Shown piece by piece: positions 9,026 through 17,451 of a stretch of DNA of 64,000 bases. The DNA is from Thermoanaerobaculia bacterium. Its GTDB lineage: Bacteria; Acidobacteriota; Thermoanaerobaculia; Multivoradales; Multivoraceae. Within the stretch, counting starts at the first letter, position 1; every line of letters starts with the position of its first letter. The translations under genes and the position numbers were made by a program. The notes beneath the pieces were generated by a model. The model made no database searches. It was not told the DNA's origin and saw nothing but the letters and a program-made list of their open reading frames with translations. The stretch spans positions 4,160,001 through 4,224,000 of the forward strand of contig OY762911.1 in assembly GCA_963666565.1 (NCBI GenBank), in the 5' to 3' direction.

Positions 9026-10400
9026 GACTTGCGGGAACGGCCGCCGGCGGGCGCTCGCGGGCCATCGAGCCCTGGAGGTCCAACCGCAACTGGGTCCGTT
9101 CCCACTCCCCGTGTACGCGTCCCAGCGCCGACTCGTACTGTTCGTTCAGCCCCTCCAGATCCACGTCTTCGACGGCGCCCGGCTCGCTGCGGCGCCGGTG
9201 CGGCGCCGGCGGATCCATCCTCCAGGGCCTGCCGTACGCCTCGGGCGTGCCGCGGTCGAAGCGCGCCGAGCGGTTCGCCTCCCGGTACTCCTCGATCAGC
9301 ATCGTCCCGAAGCGCTGCAACTGTTCGACATGAGAGTCGAACGCGGCCAGGAGCTTCGTCTCGCTCTCGGCCGCGCGCCGGCGTTCGACCGGCTGGCTCT
9401 TCGCCTCGTGCGCCGTGCGCCGGATCGCGTCCAGGCCGTCTTCGCGGATGGTGCGCAACTGCTCCACCACGTCCTGCCAGAGGTCGTCGTAGTCGGCCCG
9501 CGCGTCCTCCATCCTGCGGTGATTCCGGGAGTAGCCGGGGTAGGAGTCGCCGAAGAGCTTGCGGCCGTCGAAGAAGGCGACGCCGGAGAAGAAGAAGCCG
9601 AGCACGAAGAGCAGCCACGATTCGGCGTCCTGCAGGCCCAGCGGCGAAGCCTGGAAGCGGCTCAGCGCCTCGGCGCCGATGTTCTCGCTCAGGTCGGCCG
9701 AAGCGTCCCGGAAGTGCGCGAGTCCCAGGTTGAGGACGAATGCGGTCGCAAGCCACCCCAGGATCGCCAGCACTCCCACGGCCTTCAAGAGCACGCGGAT
9801 ATGGCTCACGAAACGGCTGACCGGACCGAAGAAAAGCGCCGGCAGCACCAGGTTCACGACGCTGAAGCCCAGCGCCAGACCCCAACCGCCCACCAGACCG
9901 CCCTCGCTGCCGACCGCCAGGAAGGCGCCGTTCAGCCCGCTCTCGACCACGAACAGCAGGACGATCAGGCCCACCAGCAACAGCGTCGTCCGCTGGCTCG
10001 CGTAGTCCGGCTCGCGGTCCAGCCGGTTGCGGTGCTTGAAGTCGAAGAAGTCCCTCCGCCTGCGCTCGAACTCGTGCAGGTTCGCCTTGAGCGCCTGCAG
10101 TTCGCTCTGTTCGACCTCCCTGAACTCGGTCTCGGCCTTGCGCGCCGACGACTCCAGGTCGCCGGCGAGCACCGCCCGGTCGAGCTGGTCCAGATGGCGG
10201 TCGACCTGCTCGAGCTGCTCGTCGCGGATCCGTACCGCGTCGTTCTTCTTCGCCTCGATGAACTCCTCGATCTCGGTCTGGCCGGGGTCGTCCGTTGCGT
10301 CGAGCGGCGGCATGCCGCGCTCTCCCGCCTGGCGTCCAAGCCGTTCCGGCTCGATCTCCGCCCGCAGATCCTCGATCAGCAGTTCCGGGAAGACCTTCAT
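9012..10400 (-). CDS. Hypothetical membrane protein (about 4 TMs flanked by coiled coils), 462 aa
   Basis: ATG 17 nt after the PQQ gene stop; FVVESGLNGAFLA, NLGLAHFRDA, GDSYPGYS; host-like codon usage. Confidence 0.75.
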   Translation of the reverse strand: MKVFPELLIEDLRAEIEPERLGRQAGERGMPPLDATDDPGQTEIEEFIEAKKNDAVRIRDEQLEQVDRHLDQLDRAVLAGDLESSARKAETEFREVEQSELQALKANLHEFERRRRDFFDFKHRNRLDREPDYASQRTTLLLVGLIVLLFVVESGLNGAFLAVGSEGGLVGGWGLALGFSVVNLVLPALFFGPVSRFVSHIRVLLKAVGVLAILGWLATAFVLNLGLAHFRDASADLSENIGAEALSRFQASPLGLQDAESWLLFVLGFFFSGVAFFDGRKLFGDSYPGYSRNHRRMEDARADYDDLWQDVVEQLRTIREDGLDAIRRTAHEAKSQPVERRRAAESETKLLAAFDSHVEQLQRFGTMLIEEYREANRSARFDRGTPEAYGRPWRMDPPAPHRRRSEPGAVEDVDLEGLNEQYESALGRVHGEWERTQLRLDLQGSMARERPPAAVPASRGGS

Positions 10401-10417
10401 CGCCGGCTGGAAGCGCC

Positions 10418-12088
10418 CTACTCCGCCGGCAACGCGAACGTGAACAGCGCCCGGCCGGCGGCGATCGTCACGTGCTGCTGCCCGCCCGCCTCGTAGCTGA
10501 TCGGCGCCGCGACGACGTCGCCGCCGAGCCGCCGGTGCCAGAGTTCGTCGCCGGTTTCGGCGTCGAGGGCGTAGAAGATGCCGGCCACGCTGCCACCGAA
10601 GACCAGTCCGCCCTTCGTGGCCAGCAGGCCGGACCTGGACCGGGGCTGCACCTGGTACTGCCACTTCCTGTCGCCGGTCAGCGGATCGATCGCGCGCACC
10701 GCGCTGACGTACTGGTCTGCCGGCCCGGCCGGCTTGCCGTAACCGCCGACGAAGAGCTCACCCTCTTCGTACTCGGCCTCGGCCATGTAGTAACGCATTT
10801 CCGCGTCGTAGGCCTGGATATAGAACAGGCCGGTGTCGGGGCTGTAGGTGGGCGAGAACCAGTTCGCTGCGCCGCCGATCGTCGGCGCCACGAGGGTGCC
10901 CTCCTCGCTGGGGAACATGTTCGGCACCCGGATCGGCCGGCCGGTCTCCTGGTCGATCCCCTCGGCCCAGGTCTGCCGCGCGAACTCGCGCGCGAACAGG
11001 AACTCCCCGGTCTCGCGGTCCAGCAGATAGAAGAAGGCGTTCCGGTTGGCGAAGGCCATCAGCTTGCGCCGCTCGCCCCGGTACTCGGCGTCGAACAGGA
11101 TCGGCACCTGGCAGGCGTCCCAGTCGTGGACGTCGTGCGGCGTGAACTGGAAGGTCCAGACGATCTCGCCCGTGTCCGGGCGAATCGCCAGCACGGAATC
11201 CGAGTGCAGGTTGTCGCCCTCGCGGACCTCGCCGTTCCAGTCCGGCCCCGGATTGCCCGTTCCCCAGTAGAGGAGATCGAGTTCGGGGTCGTAGGAGCCG
11301 GTCATCCAGGTCGGCGCGCCGCCCGTCTTCCAGGAGTCGCCCTCCCAGGTCTCGTTGCCCGGTTCGCCCGGTCCGGGAATGGTCCAGGTGCGCCAGCGGA
11401 GTTCGCCGGTGTCCGCGTCGTAGGCGTCGAGGAAGCCCCGGATGCCGTACTCGCCGCCGCCTATCCCGGTGATCACGAGGTCGCGGACGACCATCGGCGC
11501 CGCCGTGATCGACTGCCCGGTGCGCGGGTCGCCCACTTCCGTGTCCCAGATCGGGGCGCCGGTCTTCGCATCCAGGGAGACGAGATGCGCGTCGATCGTG
11601 CCCATGTAGAGCCGGTCGCCGAGAACGGCCACGCCGCGGTTCTGCTTGCCGCAGCAGAGGGCGAGCTGGTCCGGCAGTTCGTGAGAGTAGGACCAGTACC
11701 GCCGGCCGGTGCGGGCATCGAGCGCGATGACGACGTTGTCCGGCGTCGTCGCGTACATCACCTCGTCGATCACGAGCGGCGTGGTTTCCAGGCGTCCGAG
11801 GGTCGGCATCTGGTACACCCAGCGAAGCTGGAGCTTCGCGGCGTTCGAGCGATCGATCTCGTCGAGGCGGCTGAAGCGCTGGCTGTTGTACTCGCCCGAG
11901 TACATGAGCCAGTTGGCCGGGTCGTCGGCCGCGGCCTTCAACTGTTCGTAGGAGACCCCGCCCTGAGCGGACAAGCTGGTGGCCGCAATCGTGAACGCCG
12001 CAAAGACGATGGCGCCGAGCGGCCTGTTCGGAGCCGGCGCTGCGCGCCGGATGCCGGCGGGGGCGCCGGCGTACCCAGTGTGTGTCAT
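10418..12088 (-). CDS. PQQ-dependent alcohol dehydrogenase family protein
   Basis: NWLMYSG, ETTPLV, vicinal LCCGKQNRG, GGGEYGIRG, GTGNPGP, TPHDVHDWDA; GGAGAG RBS before 12088 (alternative starts 12142 or 12148). Confidence 0.92.
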   Translation of the reverse strand: MTHTGYAGAPAGIRRAAPAPNRPLGAIVFAAFTIAATSLSAQGGVSYEQLKAAADDPANWLMYSGEYNSQRFSRLDEIDRSNAAKLQLRWVYQMPTLGRLETTPLVIDEVMYATTPDNVVIALDARTGRRYWSYSHELPDQLALCCGKQNRGVAVLGDRLYMGTIDAHLVSLDAKTGAPIWDTEVGDPRTGQSITAAPMVVRDLVITGIGGGEYGIRGFLDAYDADTGELRWRTWTIPGPGEPGNETWEGDSWKTGGAPTWMTGSYDPELDLLYWGTGNPGPDWNGEVREGDNLHSDSVLAIRPDTGEIVWTFQFTPHDVHDWDACQVPILFDAEYRGERRKLMAFANRNAFFYLLDRETGEFLFAREFARQTWAEGIDQETGRPIRVPNMFPSEEGTLVAPTIGGAANWFSPTYSPDTGLFYIQAYDAEMRYYMAEAEYEEGELFVGGYGKPAGPADQYVSAVRAIDPLTGDRKWQYQVQPRSRSGLLATKGGLVFGGSVAGIFYALDAETGDELWHRRLGGDVVAAPISYEAGGQQHVTIAAGRALFTFALPAE

Positions 12089-12144
12089 CTTCTCTCCGGC
12101 CGTAGCAAGCAAGGTGACGCCGGAGTACTTGGTGTTTGTCATCG

Positions 12145-12942
12145 TCACTCCGGCCGCAGCGAGTAGAGGTAGGCGACCAGGTCGTCGAGGTCCCGGCCGC
12201 GGAAGAAGCTGCTCAGCGGCGGCATCAGCGACTCCTCCGGCTTGTCGACCTCCGCGAGATCCGCTTTCTGGAAGGACCGCAGGTTCTCGAACTCGTCCAG
12301 GAGCTGGATCGAGTAGCGGTCCTCGTTGCGCAGCACGCCGCGCACGATGCCGCCCTCGCGGGTCCGCACCTCGACCGTCCTGTAGTCGGCGTCCATCGCG
12401 GCGGAAGGATCGGTGATCGAAGCGCGGATGTGGCCCGGCGCGCGCCGCCAGCCAAGATCGCTCAGATCGGGCCCGATGCGGCCGCCCGAGCCGTTCAGCC
12501 GGTGGCAGTCGGAGCAGGAGCCGCGGCTCATGTAGAGGTTCCGGCCCCGCCGCGGATCGCCGGGCAGGTCTTCCTCGCCGCCGGCGCGGCTGAGCGAGCG
12601 CAGGTACGACACGACCTGCCAGATCGACCTGTCCGGCTGGTAGATGCCGCCCATGCCCGTGTTCGGGATGCCGGTCAGGATGTTGCGGAACAGCGCCGCG
12701 TCGCTGCTGCCGTGGCGGAAGACGCCGCGGGTGAGGTCCGGCCCGTCGGCGCCCGTTCCGTCCGCGCCGTGGCAGAGCGAACAACTGCGGCGGAACACCT
12801 TGGCGCCGGCCTCGATGTCGGCTTCGGTCGTGTGCGGATTCTCCTGAACGCGTTCCTGGAGCGCCCTGGAGAGCACGTTCTGGGCGGCGACCGGATAGCC
12901 CCAAAGCGCGATCGCCGCCACAAGAACCGGCGCCCCGAACAT
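12145..12942 (-). CDS. Di-heme c-type cytochrome
   Basis: CSLCHG and CSDCHR motifs, GPDLT/GPDLS, SLMPP; adjacent to the PQQ gene; start uncertain (may extend to 13089). Confidence 0.88.
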   Translation of the reverse strand: MFGAPVLVAAIALWGYPVAAQNVLSRALQERVQENPHTTEADIEAGAKVFRRSCSLCHGADGTGADGPDLTRGVFRHGSSDAALFRNILTGIPNTGMGGIYQPDRSIWQVVSYLRSLSRAGGEEDLPGDPRRGRNLYMSRGSCSDCHRLNGSGGRIGPDLSDLGWRRAPGHIRASITDPSAAMDADYRTVEVRTREGGIVRGVLRNEDRYSIQLLDEFENLRSFQKADLAEVDKPEESLMPPLSSFFRGRDLDDLVAYLYSLRPE

Positions 12943-13263
12943 CGAGACCCGAAGACGGCGGTCAGGAGACCTCCGCCAACGACCGACCCCGAAACCCGTG
13001 GAGGGAGACTCCTCCCGACGTCGGCCGACCGGGCATCGGCGAGGCCCTGCTCCGGCGCTCCCGGAAGGCGTCGGTTCGACCGGTGACATGGCGGGAAGCG
13101 TAGCACCCGAACAGTGGGCGAAGGTCGAAACCCGAGGGGCGAGGAGGCGTATACTCGGATACCGTGCAAGCCGCATCGGACGCACCGACGCTCCAAGTCG
13201 TAGACGCATCCGGCATCCGCAAGGTTGCGTGACACCCCTCCATCCGACTCCGAAGGACACGAC

Positions 13264-14835
13264 ATGAACCGGATCCCCTTCCGCGCGCTCGCGGCAACGA
13301 CCGTCGCACTCGGACTGTTCGCCATGCCGGCGACGGGCCTCGCCCTGAACCTGGACCAGCCCACCTTCGTCGACGACATCGCGCCGATCCTCCACGAGAA
13401 CTGCGCGTCCTGCCATCGGCCGGACGAGATCGCGCCGATGTCGCTCCGCACCTACCGCGAAGTCCGGCCCTGGGCGCGTTCCATCGCCCGGGCGGTCGAG
13501 AACGGCGACATGCCGCCCTGGGACGCCGATCCCGGCTACGGCCCGTGGGCGAACGACATCTCCCTGAGCGACGACGAGATCGCCGCGATCACCCGCTGGG
13601 CCACGAACGGCGCGCCCCGCGGCGACGGCGACGAACCCGTCTACGAGTCGCCGGCAACCGGAGGCGACTGGGCGCTTGGCGAACCGGACTGGGTCTACGA
13701 GTTCGATCCCTTCGCGGTCGCCGCCGACGGGCCGGATCTGTTCGCGATCCTCCCGGTCGAGACCGGCTGGGAAGAGGACCGCTGGATCCGCGCCGTCGAG
13801 GTCCAGCCCGGCGACCGCGAGGTGCTCCACCACTTCATCCTCTGGCGGGCCGCTCCGGGCGGCGAGGTCCAGGACGCCTGGATCGACGCCTGGGCCGCCG
13901 GCATCGGCGCGACCGGATTCCCCGCCGGCACGGCGCGCCTGGTCCCCAAGGGCCAGGACCTGCTCGGCGACTTCCACTACCACCCGAACGGCACGGCCTC
14001 GACCGACAAGACCCGCATCGGCGTCTGGTTCGCGGAACCCGAAGAGGTCGAGAAGGAACTGATCAACCTCTGGGTCATGAACTCCACGTTCAAGATCCCC
14101 GCGGGCGACGCCAACCACGAGGCCCGCGCCCAGCACGTCTTCACGGACGACGTCGTGGTGCGCTCGCTCGGGCCGCACATGCACTACCGCGGCAAGGACA
14201 TGAGCTACACGGCCTTCCTGCCCGACGGCACGGAGCGCGAACTGCTGAGCGTCAGCCGCTACGACTTCAACTGGCAGACCTTCTACGAGTTCGCCGAACC
14301 CGTGGCGCTGCCGGCCGGCACCCGGGTCGAGGTCGTGGCGCACTGGGACAACTCCGCCGACAACCCGGCCAACCCCGACCCGACGATCGACGTCACCTGG
14401 GGCACCGAGTCGACGGACGAGATGCTGATCGGGTTCGTCGACTACGTGGCCGCCGAGGGCGTCAGCCCGAAGCCGGCCAGCCCGGTCATCTCGAAGCTGG
14501 CGGAACTGGCCCAGACGCACCCCGGCGAGGCATGGCGCTTCGACATCGAGCGCGAACCCGGCAAGGGACCGGAGCCGACCGCCATGCTCCTGCCGCGCAA
14601 CGGCGGGCAGGGCGGCTGGTTCGTCCAGTTCGGCACCCTCGTGCTGCCAGCGCCGATCGTCGACATCGTCTGGGACGGCGACCACGTGACCGCCACCGCG
14701 CAGACGCCCGGCAACACGATGCAGCTCAAGGGTTCCGTCCAGGCGGACGGCACGCTGCGGATGCACATGGGACCGGGCGAGGTCGTCGGCACGCCGGCCG
14801 GGAACGAGACGCCGTCGACGCTGCCGACCGGGTAG
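13264..14835 (+). CDS. Secreted cytochrome c fused to a copper type II monooxygenase-like domain
   Basis: Signal peptide, NCASCH, GDMPPW, VLHHF, PHMHYRGK, YDFNWQ, DEMLIG; GAAGGA RBS. Confidence 0.8.
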   Translation: MNRIPFRALAATTVALGLFAMPATGLALNLDQPTFVDDIAPILHENCASCHRPDEIAPMSLRTYREVRPWARSIARAVENGDMPPWDADPGYGPWANDISLSDDEIAAITRWATNGAPRGDGDEPVYESPATGGDWALGEPDWVYEFDPFAVAADGPDLFAILPVETGWEEDRWIRAVEVQPGDREVLHHFILWRAAPGGEVQDAWIDAWAAGIGATGFPAGTARLVPKGQDLLGDFHYHPNGTASTDKTRIGVWFAEPEEVEKELINLWVMNSTFKIPAGDANHEARAQHVFTDDVVVRSLGPHMHYRGKDMSYTAFLPDGTERELLSVSRYDFNWQTFYEFAEPVALPAGTRVEVVAHWDNSADNPANPDPTIDVTWGTESTDEMLIGFVDYVAAEGVSPKPASPVISKLAELAQTHPGEAWRFDIEREPGKGPEPTAMLLPRNGGQGGWFVQFGTLVLPAPIVDIVWDGDHVTATAQTPGNTMQLKGSVQADGTLRMHMGPGEVVGTPAGNETPSTLPTG

Positions 14836-14853
14836 CGGCGGTCCCGGTGGGGC

Positions 14854-14896
14854 CTGGGTGCGCGGGTCTTCCGACCCGCTGCCGCCGAAGGCGGCC
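14854..14896 (-). repeat. REP-like palindromic repeat, copy 1 of 9 (core GCGGGTC-GGAA-GACCCGC-GCACCCAG)
   Basis: ctgggtgcgcgggtcttccgacccgctgccgccgaaggcggcc. Confidence 0.85.
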
Positions 14897-14917
14897 GCAG
14901 TCGCTTCGCTGGCGCGC

Positions 14918-16024
14918 ATGAGACTGGCCGCGTACCGGCTGCGCCGGCGCTCTCGCCGGCTGGCGGTGGCGGCCGCGGACTCGTCGGCCTTGCAGAGGCT
15001 TCCCCGGCGACGGGCCGTCGAGGCGGCAGGAACCCTGGGGCTTGCCGCGCTTGCCGCGCTTGCCGCGCTGGGCTGCGGCGCCAACGCGCCGCCTCCGGCC
15101 GACGGCGACGGCGGCACTCCGCCGCCAGTGGCGGCGCCGGAGTTCACCGCGCCGATCGTCTTCCAGCGTTTCGAGAACACAGGTGCTACGCCGAAGATGC
15201 CCGGCTTCTACGGCGGCGCGGACATCTGGATCATGGAGGGCGACGGCAGCGGCGTACGCCTGGTACGAAAGGGCGTGCCGCAGCACCTGGACCACCCGTC
15301 CCTGACCTTCGATCTGCGGAGCGTCGTCTACGCCGAGTTCACCGACGCGGAAGCCGGCGTCGAAGCCGGGGCCCGGATCTTCCGCGAGGATCTGGCGACC
15401 GGCGAACGCGAAGTGCTGCGCGAAGTCGAGGGGTGCGCCGTCCATCACGCCAGCGTCTCCCCGATCACCCGCCAGCTCGTCTACGCCCGGAACTGCCCCG
15501 AAGGCGACGGCTTCAACCAGGGACTGATCGTCGAGATCGGCGCCCGCCGCCGGCTCGATGCGGCCCAGACCACCGCGCTCCGCGTCGGCAACGGCGTCGG
15601 CCTGCCACGCGCCGTGCTGTTCCAGGCCGAAGGCGAGCCCGTGGACGGCGAGCGGCGGATGGAGATCGCCATCATCCGCTTCGACGGCTACGGCCAGGGC
15701 ACCTACGCCGCCCTCACCGACCGCGACCACCGCCACCGCCGGCCCGCCGTCTCGCCCGACGGCCGAACCATCGCCTGGCAGACCAACCGCGAAGGCCCCG
15801 ACGACGACATCTTCCTGGCCGACATCGACGGCTCGAACCAGCGCCGTCTCACCGTGTCCGACGCCAACGACGGCCACCCCTGGTTCTCCCGCGACGGCCG
15901 CTGGATCGTCTTCGAGTCCGACCGCTCCGGTAACTGGGAGTTCTGGAAGATCGAGATCGAGACCGGTGAGGCGGTGCAGTTGACGGACGATCCGGCCTAC
16001 GTCAGTACGCGGCCTCGCTGGTAG
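14918..16024 (+). CDS. TolB-like/PD40 beta-propeller lipoprotein
   Basis: LAALGC lipobox-like sequence; PAVSPDGRTIAW, PWFSRDGRWIVFESDRSG; start uncertain. Confidence 0.85.
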   Translation: MRLAAYRLRRRSRRLAVAAADSSALQRLPRRRAVEAAGTLGLAALAALAALGCGANAPPPADGDGGTPPPVAAPEFTAPIVFQRFENTGATPKMPGFYGGADIWIMEGDGSGVRLVRKGVPQHLDHPSLTFDLRSVVYAEFTDAEAGVEAGARIFREDLATGEREVLREVEGCAVHHASVSPITRQLVYARNCPEGDGFNQGLIVEIGARRRLDAAQTTALRVGNGVGLPRAVLFQAEGEPVDGERRMEIAIIRFDGYGQGTYAALTDRDHRHRRPAVSPDGRTIAWQTNREGPDDDIFLADIDGSNQRRLTVSDANDGHPWFSRDGRWIVFESDRSGNWEFWKIEIETGEAVQLTDDPAYVSTRPRW

Positions 16025-16200
16025 GGCATTCCCTCTTGTAGTATCCCACCTGTGACGAAACGGACGAGCATCGTGACAACACCGGCGGCGCCCTCTACCC
16101 TCTCGTCGAAACGTGAGTGGCATGCACGCGATTCTGTTCCAGTCCTAAGCGTCGCGACGGTGTCGCTGCTGGCACCGCTCGTGCCGAGTCGGGGCGCTGC

Positions 16201-17451
16201 ATGAGGATCGACTACCGCGACCCGCAGCACGAGCGGTTGCCGCACATCGTCCGGTTCTCGGGTGGCCGCTCGTCGGCCGCGATGACCTTCCTGCTGGCAG
16301 ATGCCGGCGTCCTGCAACCGGAGCGCGGCGACGTCGTGCTCTTCGCGAACACGTCCGCCGAACACCCGGGCACCTACACCTTCGCCGCCGAGTGCAAACA
16401 CCGGGTCGAGCAGGAGTATGGGATTCCGTTTCTCTGGTATGAGTTCTGCACCGTCGAGGACGCTTGGCGGGGCTCTTACCGAAGGAAGCTCTCCTACCGT
16501 CTGGTAGACGCCGTACCGGTCCAACGGGATGCCCAGCGCGGCTACCGCTCGAACGGCGAGGTCTTTGAGGAGCTCCTGTCGTTCCAAGGAATGCTGCCGA
16601 CGCCGATGTCGCGCTCCTGCACGTCGAAGCTGAAGCTCTACCCGCAGCACCTGTTGCTGGCCGAGTGGTTGGGGCCTGGCGACGGTCCGGCACACGACGG
16701 CCACCATGCGGAGCGGCCCTTCATGACCGCAGACGCGGCGATGCGCCTCTACCGCAAGAACCGCGGGAGCGCGAGCGAGGACAGCTACCGAGAGCGCGTC
16801 GCCTGCATGATCGGAAAGCCGCCGGCGCGGCAGAAACAGCGCTGGAGCGACTTCACGTCTCCTTCGTCCGACAGATGGGCAGCTAGGGAGTGGGCGCGAA
16901 ACCGTCCGCGGCTCGTCGAGCTCTGGGGGCGCAAGGCCGCCCGCTTCGTGACCCTACTGGGGCTGCGCGCGGACGAGCCCAGTCGCGTACGGCGAGTCGT
17001 GTCGCGATCTTTCTACGCCGAGGATGCGCCCAGGCGCCACTGCTCGGTGCGCACCCAACCGCCAGGCGAACGACCCTACTTCCCGCTCTTCGACGCGGGC
17101 TTCGGCACTGAGGACGTTCACGAGTACTGGAACGGCCGGAACTTCGACCTGGCCTGTCCATCCCATGCCGGCAACTGCGTCTTCTGCTTCATGAAGGGAA
17201 CGGAGCAGTTGGCGCGAGCATCCCAGCTCGAGGACTCGCTGCGCCAAGAGGGACGACCTTCGGACATTCGGTGGTGGGCGGCGATGGAGCGGAAGTACCG
17301 CCGCGAGGCGCCGAAGCGAAACGGCGAAGGCGTTTCCCGATTCGGTTTCTTGGGCGTATCCGGCCCGACCTACGAACAACTGGCGGCGGGCGACCCCGGT
17401 CGGCGAACCCGCTTCTCCGGCGGCGAGCCCGCCTGCGACTGCACGGACTGA
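16201..17451 (+). CDS. PAPS-reductase/PP-loop family, Cys-rich protein (DndC-like fold)
   Basis: VRFSGGRSSAAM, FANTSAEHP, RSCTSKLK, LGLRADEPSRV, GNCVFCFMK, C-terminal CDCTD. Confidence 0.8.
   Translation: MRIDYRDPQHERLPHIVRFSGGRSSAAMTFLLADAGVLQPERGDVVLFANTSAEHPGTYTFAAECKHRVEQEYGIPFLWYEFCTVEDAWRGSYRRKLSYRLVDAVPVQRDAQRGYRSNGEVFEELLSFQGMLPTPMSRSCTSKLKLYPQHLLLAEWLGPGDGPAHDGHHAERPFMTADAAMRLYRKNRGSASEDSYRERVACMIGKPPARQKQRWSDFTSPSSDRWAAREWARNRPRLVELWGRKAARFVTLLGLRADEPSRVRRVVSRSFYAEDAPRRHCSVRTQPPGERPYFPLFDAGFGTEDVHEYWNGRNFDLACPSHAGNCVFCFMKGTEQLARASQLEDSLRQEGRPSDIRWWAAMERKYRREAPKRNGEGVSRFGFLGVSGPTYEQLAAGDPGRRTRFSGGEPACDCTD

Noticed and set aside
15041-15069. 9-bp triple repeat cttgccgcg
   Set aside because: Frame-preserving LAA repeat in a signal peptide; ordinary
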